Below, in pieces: positions 54,577 through 64,000 of a stretch of 64,000 bases of DNA (position 1 is the stretch's first letter; each line of letters begins with the position of its first letter). Source of the DNA: a virus; IMG/VR virus record IMGVR_UViG_3300028043_000001, positions 32,001 to 96,000 of that record. One strand, 5' to 3'. The notes beneath the pieces were generated by a model. It had not been told where the DNA came from and searched no databases. It saw nothing but the letters and a program-made list of their open reading frames with translations. A program made the position numbers and the translations under genes.

Positions 54577-55952
54577 TGCCTAACGAGCATATTGAAAAGG
54601 CCAAAGAACTTTTGGCTAAAATGAATGCTGACATTAACAGGCAGCAGGAAGATAAGGATGTCAAAAAGCTCCTCGGCGATGTCCTAGACGAACTCAAAAA
54701 GGCAGGCGATGGCGAGCGTAAAGGCCGTTTTGACACACAAGATGCCCTCGAGGTTATTAAAACCACCCCCAATCCGGGGGCGGGGCTTCAAAAAATGGTG
54801 GAGGTTTCAACCTCTGATGGTCTTATCAAAGACTTTCAGCGGCTTAACGACGACATCTTTCTGTTGTCCCAGATGCTGAAAAAGGATCCCCGTGAGCTCA
54901 AAGTTTACCGGCAGCTCATGGAGCACCCCCTTGTTCAGAAAACCCAAGACTCTTTTGGTGGAGCTGGGCCTACCCTTTCAGGTCCGAGCACTCATTATGG
55001 TGCTGACTGGATTCCGATTGGGTTTTCAGCAGATTTGATCGACATCGTACGCATGCAGCTCAAAGTTGCTGCTTTGCATCGCCGTATTAACATGCCCAAT
55101 CCGACTTACAAGCTACCTATTGGCGGCACTGATGTGACTGCTTACCTAGTAGGTGAAACCATTACGTCGGGCTCTCCCGAAGGGAGACCGACTGCCTCGC
55201 TGCCAACCTCTGGTACTGGGGTAACTTTGGACGCCAAAAAGATCGGTGCGCTGGTATATTTCTCTGAAGAAATTACCGAAGATAGCATCATCCCCGTCCT
55301 TCCCTACCTACGGGATAACATGTCGCGCGCTATGGCTAATGCCCAAGAACATGCGGTAATCAATGGACAGAAAACTGGCACAATTGATACGGGGTACTCT
55401 ATTGCCTCAACCGACGTTCGGAAAGCTTGGGATGGCTATAGGTACAATTGTCAGTCAGCGGCCAAAGCCGATTTTGGCACATGGTCCACAACTACTGCCA
55501 CTGGCCTTCTGCGCGGCTTGCGAGCGAAAATGGGTAAATACGGCGTTGATCCCAAAAACCTAGTTTGGGTTACCAGTATTGCAGGCTATCATCAGATGCT
55601 TGGTAACGCCGATCTTTTAACCCTCGATAAATACGGCCCCAATGCGACCTTGCTTAGTGGTGAGCTTGGGAAGTTTGACAACATCCCAATTATCGTCAGC
55701 GAGTATGTCGCCGAGAATTTGAATGCCCTCGGCGTCTATGATGGTGTTACCACGACCAAAACCTTGGTTGCGTTGGTTTACACTCCTGCGTGGCTGTTTG
55801 GAGATCGTCGGTCTATCACTGTTAAGACTAAGGACAATCCTGAGGATGACAACCATCTTCTGGTCTGTCACCAGCGGCTCGATTTCAAACCCCTGTATAA
55901 TGTGTCAACAGAGTACATTATCGCACTGGGGTACAATCTTGCCAAACTCTAA
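54576..55952 (+). CDS. HK97-fold major capsid protein
   Basis: WIP.GFS..LI, AKKIGAL..SEE.TEDS, INGQ, QRLDF; follows the protease. Confidence 0.9.
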   Translation: MPNEHIEKAKELLAKMNADINRQQEDKDVKKLLGDVLDELKKAGDGERKGRFDTQDALEVIKTTPNPGAGLQKMVEVSTSDGLIKDFQRLNDDIFLLSQMLKKDPRELKVYRQLMEHPLVQKTQDSFGGAGPTLSGPSTHYGADWIPIGFSADLIDIVRMQLKVAALHRRINMPNPTYKLPIGGTDVTAYLVGETITSGSPEGRPTASLPTSGTGVTLDAKKIGALVYFSEEITEDSIIPVLPYLRDNMSRAMANAQEHAVINGQKTGTIDTGYSIASTDVRKAWDGYRYNCQSAAKADFGTWSTTTATGLLRGLRAKMGKYGVDPKNLVWVTSIAGYHQMLGNADLLTLDKYGPNATLLSGELGKFDNIPIIVSEYVAENLNALGVYDGVTTTKTLVALVYTPAWLFGDRRSITVKTKDNPEDDNHLLVCHQRLDFKPLYNVSTEYIIALGYNLAKL

Positions 55953-55977
55953 TCAGATCTTTTGATCTGGTTGGTTA

Positions 55978-56010
55978 TCTAGGGGAGCAAAGCTCCCCTA
56001 GAGTTTTTTT
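55978..56010 (+). terminator. Rho-independent terminator after MCP
   Basis: TCTAGGGGAGC-aaa-GCTCCCCTAGA followed by T7. Confidence 0.9.
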
Positions 56011-56163
56011 GACCCGTGCTTTTGCAACACGAATATTTCAACTTATTGATTGAGGCCGGCGCAATACATGCGCCCTTATGATTAACCTTCAACCTCTGGT
56101 GTTTTTTAATAGCCAAAATTCAAACACCAGAGAATAAACCCTTTTTTGGTTTAGTTCCTCCAC

Positions 56164-56197
56164 CTCCAGGATTTCCGAAATTTCGGAAATCCTGGAG
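56164..56197. repeat. Perfect 34-bp palindrome
   Basis: CTCCAGGATTTCCGAAA|TTTCGGAAATCCTGGAG with no spacer. Confidence 0.95.
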
Positions 56198-56222
56198 CCC
56201 TTTTAGGGACAAATTAGAAAGC

Positions 56223-56399
56223 ATGATATCGACCCAATATCACTTAGAAGTTTACTTACTACCCAATGTTTGTTCCCTCAACGTTTCTTTGGGCAAAGTA
56301 GAAGTAGCCCTAAAACCTGCTCCCACGATTGAGATTAACACATCCCTTACCATTTCAACCAACGTTTTCCTCCGCAGCGAAGTGATCAGTGGGGGGTAG
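56223..56399 (+). CDS. Possible 58-aa ORF (not in the ORF track)
   Basis: ATG...TAG, MISTQYHLEVYLLPN...; weak SD. Confidence 0.3.
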   Translation: MISTQYHLEVYLLPNVCSLNVSLGKVEVALKPAPTIEINTSLTISTNVFLRSEVISGG

Positions 56400-56458
56400 C
56401 TGCAGGCTTTTTTGTCAAATTTTAAAGAGGAATACTTTTACTTTGGGGGATTTGGAAA

Positions 56459-58345
56459 ATGGCAATTGGCGACGATTTCAGTGTTGCGGTAAATGGTGAT
56501 ATTCGCCACGTATCCGGAACTGACCGATATACAGTTCTTGCTTTTCATCGTTGGCTACAAAATTTGGCTGACAATCCATCATCGTCAAACGATGACCTGC
56601 TCGACATCACGAGCAGCACTCCGTCTGCACGGGCGACTGATAACATCATCACGCTGAATAGCCCTTATAACATTGATGATACCGCGGCTAAGTATCTGTA
56701 TAATGGCTCAATTGAGCAGGCGGCTGGAGGTACCTTATACTCGGGGCTGGTTGTTGTGGGATCAGTGTATGCTGGTACAACCCTACAGGTTGTTCAAAAC
56801 AACGCTCTATATGACGGTGATACGCCGTTTTGGGGTCAAGGCATTAACACAGACGCTGCAGCCAATATTTTGAGCCGCATGCTTATCAAAACCCGATCAG
56901 GGGGTTCAGATATTGATGGCAAACGAATACGTGTATATGCCCGCGAATGGGGTCAATCGTATGCTGAGTTTGAAGTTACTATGGGCTTAGGCAACTCGGT
57001 TGCAGCTATTTTTACCTCCCAAGATTTGAACAACCAGACAGCTTTTGCTACCGTCGCTGGAATGACAACCATCACGAACGTGGAGGGCTACCAACTTATT
57101 GATTTAAACAACGGCAACAGTGATCGACCCTACTACGCACAATGGAATCGTACCGCCAACTACACCATTAATCAGCTTTACGAAAGGGCTAAATACCTGT
57201 CTGTTAGAGGAACCTCTGAAACTCTTTATGGGTTAGACGGTGAGCTTTTTCGGGGAATTACCCACCAGATTTTGTGCGACAACCCTAGCGGCACGCCGTT
57301 CAACGCGGTCGAGAATATCACTTGGTCTGGAGGGACTGGGAGACTCCTTGCCCGCGTGAAATGTGACAGCGGCAGCACAACAATTGACGTTGTTGCCTCT
57401 GCAGGCACCTACACCCGATCGTCCGGCAGCTTCCTAACCGATGGCTTCCTCCCAGGGATGCTCGTGCAGTTTACAGGATACTCCAACAGCGGAAATAATG
57501 CTCTCAAAACCATCTCTACAGTAACCGCCACAGTAATCACCGTAACCAGCACTTCGGGTCTAGTTGATGAGTCCGGCACTGGAGACGAGAGGGCATTAAC
57601 TGTGTTGCTCTGGATGCAACTTCTAACTGGCGTGCAACCCACCGACAACCAACAAATCACTGGCAGCGCTTCAGGAGCGACCGCCGACGTTAACGTTTCG
57701 GTTACAGCGCGATCACTCACCGGCGTCTTCCTCGGACAGTCTACTGGTTCTGCAATTATTGGTGGCTATGGTGTGGGGTTTAATCCTCTTTATCTAACGA
57801 AAGATGATAAGATTTTCGACCTGACTAACACCCAGCAAACTCCTCCCAATAACGTTGTTTTCTATGTTTATGGCTTAGCATCTGGTGAGGATAGAGTTTT
57901 GGTGACCAATGCACAGGGACTAGGTATTGACTTCGATCAAATGTCATTAACAACCACCCTCAACGGCGGCTCTGAAACAGCGGTGGTGGTGAACTCAATT
58001 CCTGCGGACACTCCTCAAACCGGAAACTTGCGCATTCAGCTTGATACTGGCATCTATCGCCTCGTACCGTACACAGCCCACAACGGGTCAACTACGTTTA
58101 CAATCGCATCAACAGATTTTACAGATCCCAATGACGCGACCAGCGGCAACAACGTTTTTCTGGGCTACATCGACAAGGAGGCTACTGCGGCCACCGAGTC
58201 AGTTACTTTAAAGTATAGCGCTGACCGTACCTTATTCGTGCGAGTTAGAGATGGAGGTGCCTCCCCCATTAAAACTTTTGAAACCACCGCTGCACTGGGT
58301 ACCGGAGGAGGTTCAGCTACCGCAAACAGGATTACGGATGCTTAA
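56459..58345 (+). CDS. Putative virion structural/fibre protein
   Basis: 628 aa, G/S/T-rich beta protein after the MCP. Confidence 0.7.
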   Translation: MAIGDDFSVAVNGDIRHVSGTDRYTVLAFHRWLQNLADNPSSSNDDLLDITSSTPSARATDNIITLNSPYNIDDTAAKYLYNGSIEQAAGGTLYSGLVVVGSVYAGTTLQVVQNNALYDGDTPFWGQGINTDAAANILSRMLIKTRSGGSDIDGKRIRVYAREWGQSYAEFEVTMGLGNSVAAIFTSQDLNNQTAFATVAGMTTITNVEGYQLIDLNNGNSDRPYYAQWNRTANYTINQLYERAKYLSVRGTSETLYGLDGELFRGITHQILCDNPSGTPFNAVENITWSGGTGRLLARVKCDSGSTTIDVVASAGTYTRSSGSFLTDGFLPGMLVQFTGYSNSGNNALKTISTVTATVITVTSTSGLVDESGTGDERALTVLLWMQLLTGVQPTDNQQITGSASGATADVNVSVTARSLTGVFLGQSTGSAIIGGYGVGFNPLYLTKDDKIFDLTNTQQTPPNNVVFYVYGLASGEDRVLVTNAQGLGIDFDQMSLTTTLNGGSETAVVVNSIPADTPQTGNLRIQLDTGIYRLVPYTAHNGSTTFTIASTDFTDPNDATSGNNVFLGYIDKEATAATESVTLKYSADRTLFVRVRDGGASPIKTFETTAALGTGGGSATANRITDA

Positions 58346-58359
58346 GTGGGAGGTTACGA

Positions 58360-58806
58360 GTGCGTGTGTGTGGCGAATGTACCTTATGTTGCAAACTTCC
58401 AGCCGTCCCAGAGTTTAATAAACCTACAGGCGAGTGGTGTAGATACTGCAATCCCAAAAAGGGGTGCCAAATCTACACCACTCGCCCTGAATCTTGCAAG
58501 AATTTTCAATGCCTTTGGCTGCTAAACTCCCTACCTGATTATCTTAGGCCAGATAAGTCTGGTGTTATTTTCGAGAGCCTACCCTCAGGGAAAACTTTTA
58601 TTGCCCTTCTCAATCCGGGTCGTGAAAACACTTGGAAGACGTCCAAAGTTAAAGATGTCATTGAATCATTTTTGCAATCAGGCAAAGCTGTTGTAGTAAG
58701 TTCTAAGCCCCCCCAATTTTTTGTGCCTTTTGGTCGCTCGATCGAAGAAGTAAAAGAGGAACTGCTACAAACTGCAGAACAATATGGTTATAGGGTAACC
58801 AAGTGA
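58360..58806 (+). CDS. YkgJ/CxxCxxCC-family protein
   Basis: CGECTLCC...CQIYTTRPESCKNFQCLWL. Confidence 0.75.
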   Translation: MRVCGECTLCCKLPAVPEFNKPTGEWCRYCNPKKGCQIYTTRPESCKNFQCLWLLNSLPDYLRPDKSGVIFESLPSGKTFIALLNPGRENTWKTSKVKDVIESFLQSGKAVVVSSKPPQFFVPFGRSIEEVKEELLQTAEQYGYRVTK

Positions 58807-58807
58807 A

Positions 58808-60862
58808 ATGGCAGCACCAGCATACACAACGGATCTAGTTACCATAAACACCGCTGAGTCCATAACAGGCTGGGCTGAACCCACTGCAACTGGATGGACT
58901 GGCGGCGGTAACCCTACTCAAGATGTTGACTACCCGTACATCCAAGGCTCGTATGCGGTTCTTCAAGCTACTACTAAAACAGGTATAGCAGCTTTGATGG
59001 TGGACGCCGGAGTTGGAGGTGTGACACTTCCCACCGACGGAGCATTTCTAGTTTGGCAAAACATGTATTCTCCTGGTCCTGTAGTCTTAGACACCTATGC
59101 TAATGGCGGCTTACGAGTGATGGTTGGTAGTGGCCTCGCTGACTTTGATTCCTGGGACGTCGGTGGCAACGACACTGGACGGAATCCATATGGTGGCTGG
59201 CAATGCTGGGCAGTTAACCCAACTTTGAGCTACGATGATCGGCTAGGAAGCCCTACCGGAACTTATCGCTATATTGGTGCAGCAGTTAATTTATTGGCAG
59301 GTATTGGGAAGGGTTACCCCCATAACGTTGATGCGGTTAGATATGGCCGAGGCGAGGCTAGGTTTAGTGGCGGAGAATCAGCTAACTACGCTACTATAGC
59401 CGGGTTTGCTACACAGAATGATAGCACTTCCAATAGATGGGGCCTGATCCAGGCTATTCCTGGTGGCTATCTCTGGAAAGGGCTGATTAGTTTAGGGGAG
59501 AGTAACCAAGCCACCGCTACCAGAGCTAGGAGCTCTAATGTTGCCACCATCACCTTTTCCTCAGCCCACAAATTTAAGGTGAATGATGTAATTACTGTAG
59601 CTGGTCTCGGAGGGTCCGGCTACAATGGCACTTGGACTGTTGCTTCAGTTCCGTCAACAACTTCATTAACTTATTCGAACACTGGCTCCAATGAAGGTCA
59701 AACATCAGATATTAACGGCACAGTAGGTTGTATTGTTGATTTTCGGGACACAAACAGACTCGTCTTTGTCGACGATACCCGCAAAATCACAGCCGCTTTC
59801 AATAAAATTGAGATAAAGCATGGCTCAAGTAGAGTTGATTGGACTGGGTATTCTTTTATCTGTACCTCTCCTTCGACTACGGCTAGCAAGGGCCGTATTG
59901 AGGTTGTGAATGACTGTGACGTTAACATCGACGCTTGCTTGTTCCAGGATCTGGACACTACAATTTGGCAAACGACCAGCAGCATCGCGGGAAGCATTTT
60001 TCGTCGGTGTGCACAAATCACCCAAAACGGCGCAGTTTTTAGTGGCTGCACCCTTGATAACGCGACCTCAGCGGCAACGATCTTATCCAGTAATCCCGGG
60101 AATATTTCCAGCAGCATTTTCAAGTCTGATGGAAGTAACCACGCGATTCAGCTAACATCTGCATGTGCTGGGAACTCTTACGATCTTAACAACTTACAGT
60201 TTCAGGGGTATGCAGTCGTGGATGGCTCGACTGGAAATGAAGTTATTTATAACAATGCAGGAGGCACCGTTACTCTATATATCTATGGGGGCAGCGGTGT
60301 TGTGTCAGTGCGAAACGGTACTAACTCGTATACCACGGTTGTTTCAGGTAGCGTCAATTTTTCTGTCACTGTGAAAGATACCAGCGTGCCTCCCTCAGCA
60401 ATTCAAGATGCGCGTGTGCTGATGCTTGCAGGTAGTGGTGGCCCTTTACCTTACGACGTTACAGTAACAATTTCGCGTACGGACTCAACCGCAACAGTCT
60501 CCCACACAGCACACGCGATGATTACTGGGGACAAGGTGCAAATTTTGGGTGCCAATCAAATGGAATATAATGGGGTTTTTACTATCACCAAAATAAACGA
60601 CAACAGCTATAGCTACACTGTCAGCGGCACCCCCGACACCCCTGCAACAGGTACAATAAAAGCTACCTATGTTGCTCTATCGGGCTTAACTAGCTCAGGT
60701 GGTGTTGTTTCAGATAGTCGGGTTTTTTCAGACAATCAACCGATCACTGGCAGGGTGCGAAAAAGCTCTACTGCCCCTTATTACAAGACTACCGACTTTA
60801 CTGGTTCGATTAGCAAAACAACGGGCTTTTCAACCACAGTGCAGCTACTCCCAGATCAATGA
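58808..60862 (+). CDS. Putative virion fibre protein with beta-helix and two FCCH-like domains
   Basis: Two AT...AH.....D...I.G....YNG..T. units; beta-helix-like stretch. Confidence 0.65.
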   Translation: MAAPAYTTDLVTINTAESITGWAEPTATGWTGGGNPTQDVDYPYIQGSYAVLQATTKTGIAALMVDAGVGGVTLPTDGAFLVWQNMYSPGPVVLDTYANGGLRVMVGSGLADFDSWDVGGNDTGRNPYGGWQCWAVNPTLSYDDRLGSPTGTYRYIGAAVNLLAGIGKGYPHNVDAVRYGRGEARFSGGESANYATIAGFATQNDSTSNRWGLIQAIPGGYLWKGLISLGESNQATATRARSSNVATITFSSAHKFKVNDVITVAGLGGSGYNGTWTVASVPSTTSLTYSNTGSNEGQTSDINGTVGCIVDFRDTNRLVFVDDTRKITAAFNKIEIKHGSSRVDWTGYSFICTSPSTTASKGRIEVVNDCDVNIDACLFQDLDTTIWQTTSSIAGSIFRRCAQITQNGAVFSGCTLDNATSAATILSSNPGNISSSIFKSDGSNHAIQLTSACAGNSYDLNNLQFQGYAVVDGSTGNEVIYNNAGGTVTLYIYGGSGVVSVRNGTNSYTTVVSGSVNFSVTVKDTSVPPSAIQDARVLMLAGSGGPLPYDVTVTISRTDSTATVSHTAHAMITGDKVQILGANQMEYNGVFTITKINDNSYSYTVSGTPDTPATGTIKATYVALSGLTSSGGVVSDSRVFSDNQPITGRVRKSSTAPYYKTTDFTGSISKTTGFSTTVQLLPDQ

Positions 60863-60872
60863 GGAAAGTATA

Positions 60873-61124
60873 ATGACGGAGAGAAAATTTGAACAACTGT
60901 ACCAATCAATGATAAGTGTTGTCGAGGGCTTGGAAGCTGAATTAGCTGAATTGAAACGAATTAACGCGATCCTCGAAGCGGAAAAAATGCAATGGGTTGC
61001 AGAAAAGATGGCGCAGCAAGCCATCATACAGCAAGCCCTCAGTGACGCCAATGCAACTAGCAATCAGTATCTAGAAGAGAATCGTGAATTGAAGGAAGAG
61101 ATTAAGAGGCTCAAGGAGCTTTAG
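60873..61124 (+). CDS. Coiled-coil protein
   Basis: GAGG SD before ATG 60873; heptads. Confidence 0.55.
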   Translation: MTERKFEQLYQSMISVVEGLEAELAELKRINAILEAEKMQWVAEKMAQQAIIQQALSDANATSNQYLEENRELKEEIKRLKEL

Positions 61125-61126
61125 GT

Positions 61127-62380
61127 GTGGCAGTATCAATCAACTGGGGAACGAAAGTAATTTATGTACCTAGAAACGATCTGACCCTTATTCAAAGCAG
61201 TCCAGAAATAAGGGAATTGGATGTAAATTGGTTTCGCCTGTGCCTCAAGGATCTTGAAGATAATGAAGATGGTATTATCTTTCCGAGAACCCATAATCAC
61301 AACACCGAAGTCACTCTATCAGGTTTAAACTACGCCCGAATTGTTGAGATTATCAATGGTTATACTGTTGAATTTGAAAATGCCCAATATACTGTGGCTT
61401 GCACAGGAGCTAACCACAACATAGCCGATGTTAAGGTCCCCAACCAGGTCTCTCTGATTGTTAACAATGCTGCCGGCCTCATCACGAACCCTGCTATTGA
61501 GTATGCGTCATATAACAATGGTGTAACCGTCGACTTAACCTCGAGCTGGTCAGGAACTCTTTTTCCTATTGGTACCCTTCAACGTCCCGTCAATAACCTT
61601 ACCGACGCCTTGTTGATTGCTCAATATCGCGGCTTTGCCACGCTTTATATTCTTGGTGATGCGGCTATCGATACGAGCGGGGATTTCTCTGGTATGAATA
61701 TAATCGGGGAATCCACCACCAAGAGTGAGATAACCGTGGATTCCGGGGCTAACGTTTTTAGAGCCGAGTTTTATTCCTGTACTTTGGCGGGGGACCTTGA
61801 TGGTCAAGCATATCTGCGGGATTCGAGAATAAGTGACCTCAACTATATTAATGGAGTGGTGGAGAGATGTTTACTAGACGACGGAGTAATAACCCTCGGG
61901 GGCAGTCAGGAAGCGATATTCCTGGATTGCTGGTGCGGCAGCCCAGACGCAGTTCCGGTAATCGACATGGGAGGAAGCGGACAAAGCTTGAGTATGAGAA
62001 ACTACTCAGGGGACGTAAAGATAAGAAACAAGAGCGGCCCGGAGCCGATCAGCATCACCCTCCTCGCGGGCCAAGTGACATTAGAGAGCACCGTAACTAA
62101 TGGTCCTATCTATATTTGTGGGAATGGGGTGGTAATTGACAACTCAACTGGTACAGCTGAGGTTAACACCAACGACTTATTAAGCCCAGACATCATCAGT
62201 TCCAAGATTAGAAGTGAACTCACTCCTGAATTGCTACAGGTTAGCGAAATTTTTGCTATCCACGGTCTTAACCCCGCATACCCCCTATTTGTAGGTTCAG
62301 TAGAAAGGACTGCGGGAGGTACTTATATCGTGCAGCTCGTTGAGACTACTCCGGCAGGTACAACGGTGACAAGAGTATGA
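61127..62380 (+). CDS. Putative virion protein, beta-helix-like
   Basis: GTLQRPVNNLTDA pattern; structural context. Confidence 0.62.
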   Translation: MAVSINWGTKVIYVPRNDLTLIQSSPEIRELDVNWFRLCLKDLEDNEDGIIFPRTHNHNTEVTLSGLNYARIVEIINGYTVEFENAQYTVACTGANHNIADVKVPNQVSLIVNNAAGLITNPAIEYASYNNGVTVDLTSSWSGTLFPIGTLQRPVNNLTDALLIAQYRGFATLYILGDAAIDTSGDFSGMNIIGESTTKSEITVDSGANVFRAEFYSCTLAGDLDGQAYLRDSRISDLNYINGVVERCLLDDGVITLGGSQEAIFLDCWCGSPDAVPVIDMGGSGQSLSMRNYSGDVKIRNKSGPEPISITLLAGQVTLESTVTNGPIYICGNGVVIDNSTGTAEVNTNDLLSPDIISSKIRSELTPELLQVSEIFAIHGLNPAYPLFVGSVERTAGGTYIVQLVETTPAGTTVTRV

Positions 62381-62682
62381 TTTTAAGCCACCGCGCGATT
62401 GCAGTTCAAGGCGTCGGCTACTCGCCTCCTGTAATGGCTCTACAGGGGTTCTGGACTATTGGTGAGGCTGTTCAAGTAGCCCTAGAAGTGTTGGCCGTAA
62501 CCGCCTCCCTTTTAAATCCCAACTTTGTGATCTACAGCCAGATCCTCGCGGACGTACTTGCTCTTCATGCAGAATTGCATGAACCTTTTGCTGGATTAGT
62601 ACAAATTATTCAGAGAGGAATGCGGTTGAACGTTGATACGTTGAAAAGACTAAGCGTTGCCCTCAGATTAAAAGATGAGTGA
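62377..62682 (+). CDS. Hypothetical virion-module protein
   Basis: ATGA overlap; context. Confidence 0.5.
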   Translation: MILSHRAIAVQGVGYSPPVMALQGFWTIGEAVQVALEVLAVTASLLNPNFVIYSQILADVLALHAELHEPFAGLVQIIQRGMRLNVDTLKRLSVALRLKDE

Positions 62683-63007
62683 TCTGAACAATCTGAAGCA
62701 AGGTGAACAGAAATATTTGGTACTCACTGTGAGGGATGCCAGTGGTCAACTCGTTGACTTGTCAAGTGTTGATGATTTGTATTTAGGAGTTAAAAAGAAG
62801 AAGTCTGATACCACTCTTCACTTCTATAAGGAGTTTGCTTCCTTTACTACCACCAATGCAGCCCGCGGTGAAATTTCGGTATTGTTGACTACAAGCGATA
62901 CGGCCGAGGCGGGTAAATTTTTAGGAGAACTTAAAATTACCTTTTCTGATGATACAGTTGAGAAAACTGCTGATTTTCACTTGTATATTGAGCAGTCAAT
63001 TACATAA
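62675..63007 (+). CDS. BppU N-terminal-like protein
   Basis: KQGE...VRD.SG..VDLS...GEISV.LT..DT...G.F.GEL. Confidence 0.6.
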   Translation: MSDLNNLKQGEQKYLVLTVRDASGQLVDLSSVDDLYLGVKKKKSDTTLHFYKEFASFTTTNAARGEISVLLTTSDTAEAGKFLGELKITFSDDTVEKTADFHLYIEQSIT

Positions 63008-63019
63008 GGGGTAAGTGAA

Positions 63020-63625
63020 GTGTTTGCATCGTTAGAGGAATTAAAAGATTTTTTGGGTCTTGGTAGCGTTGAAAGTGCCGAAAATCAATTGCTGTTGTGC
63101 CTGAATGCCGCCGACAGTTTCATCAAGACTTTTACGAATCGTTTCCTAATTTCAACTCGCTTTAACCATAACATAACTCCACAAAACTCCTACGAAATTT
63201 GGGTTCCTGAGTTTCCTTTAACCGCACTTCATGGAATGACCGCCTTCCAATTTATGTCTGATACCGCTGGAAGTGCCATCGACCTCAATTATACCAGATT
63301 TCTTAGGAGTGGGTTGGTCTATAGTAGCGAAGGGTTTTTTATTACCTCAGTTCCAGGGAGCGTTCTTGTTGACTATACTGCGGGGTATTCTTCAACCGAC
63401 CCCGAGTTTGAAACCTTAAAATGGATCACACTCGAAACTGCAGGGCAGTTTTTCCGAGGTCGAGGCTTGATGAACATTGTATCGTATCAGGCAGGTGGTG
63501 CCCAGGTCCAAAAGTATGACGTCAAGATCACAGATGTTGGTGCAGCTATTGGTATTCTAGGCCCCGAAATAGCTGCTGCCCTAGGAACCTTTGCAGTACG
63601 TGGACCCCGTAGTATTGATAGGTAA
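63020..63625 (+). CDS. Head-tail connector (gp6-like)
   Basis: ASLEELKDFLG...LNAA...IKTFTNR...VDYTAGY. Confidence 0.75.
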   Translation: MFASLEELKDFLGLGSVESAENQLLLCLNAADSFIKTFTNRFLISTRFNHNITPQNSYEIWVPEFPLTALHGMTAFQFMSDTAGSAIDLNYTRFLRSGLVYSSEGFFITSVPGSVLVDYTAGYSSTDPEFETLKWITLETAGQFFRGRGLMNIVSYQAGGAQVQKYDVKITDVGAAIGILGPEIAAALGTFAVRGPRSIDR

Positions 63626-63633
63626 TTGAGTCC

Positions 63634-64000
63634 ATGTTTTGCTTTAACGACCTTATAACCTTTACACGATACTCAAACAGCGTGGTTTCTAACTGGCAAA
63701 GCGGTTTTGCTGAAATAACGACCCCTTATTCGCCCGCTTTTTTACAGGTTGCGGTAAGTGGTATTACTACAGCAGGTACTCTGTATATTCACGGATCTAA
63801 TGAAAACAACAACAACATTTTTGAGGTTTTATCTTTTTCGGCCAGTGCAACGTTACTCACTTCTAACAAGTTTAAAGTAGTTGCGGGATTAACTCCTAGT
63901 TGGGGCTCATTTTTAATAAATGTTACTGCAGCTAATGAACAAGGTGAGCCAATTCGACATTCTACGTCCTATGGCCCTTATCCTTGTAGTATTACCGAAC
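63634..64000 (+). CDS. Virion-module protein, 3'-truncated
   Basis: Open frame MFCFNDLITFTRY... to the window end. Confidence 0.55.
   Translation, partial: MFCFNDLITFTRYSNSVVSNWQSGFAEITTPYSPAFLQVAVSGITTAGTLYIHGSNENNNNIFEVLSFSASATLLTSNKFKVVAGLTPSWGSFLINVTAANEQGEPIRHSTSYGPYPCSITE

Noticed and set aside
471-61807. Numerous minus-strand and nested ORFs in the ORF track
   Set aside because: They are shadows of well-supported + strand genes with no motifs; only 42078..42497 is accepted
1-64000. Alternative genetic code or integrated prophage boundary
   Set aside because: Genes tile densely under the standard code using all three stops; no integrase, att site or host housekeeping block is seen

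Overview
This window is an internal 64-kb segment of a large tailed dsDNA phage (Caudoviricetes, HK97-fold capsid). The host is probably a Gram-negative anaerobe, inferred from an outer-membrane beta-barrel, a lipoprotein, a sigma70-type promoter, a radical SAM enzyme and a methanogen/Desulfobacterota-type thymidylate synthase. Almost all genes are on the + strand. In order, it carries: small early-type genes; a T4-like replication/recombination set (SF2 helicase, DnaB, primase, SbcCD, gp32-like SSB, UvsX/UvsY-like) built around a family A polymerase with an N-terminal UDG domain; a scattered 7-deazaguanine DNA-modification pathway (DpdA-like, QueD, FolE2, QueC, with no QueE seen); a glycosyltransferase/methyltransferase/radical SAM cluster; terminase with an intein; portal; prohead protease; major capsid; and many fibre-like proteins. 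The strongest candidate for a new system is a two-gene cassette right after the portal. It encodes helical repeats plus a Pol-beta nucleotidyltransferase, and an ATP-dependent ligase plus LigD-type phosphoesterase domains, and may be a virion-delivered end-healing/sealing kit. Other oddities are a dead LAGLIDADG domain fused to FolE2, a stand-alone IleRS C-terminal zinc domain, a GT4 gene apparently starting at ATA, and a hairpin-rich region with a perfect 34-bp palindrome after the capsid gene. All assignments come from motif recognition by eye; no searches were run.
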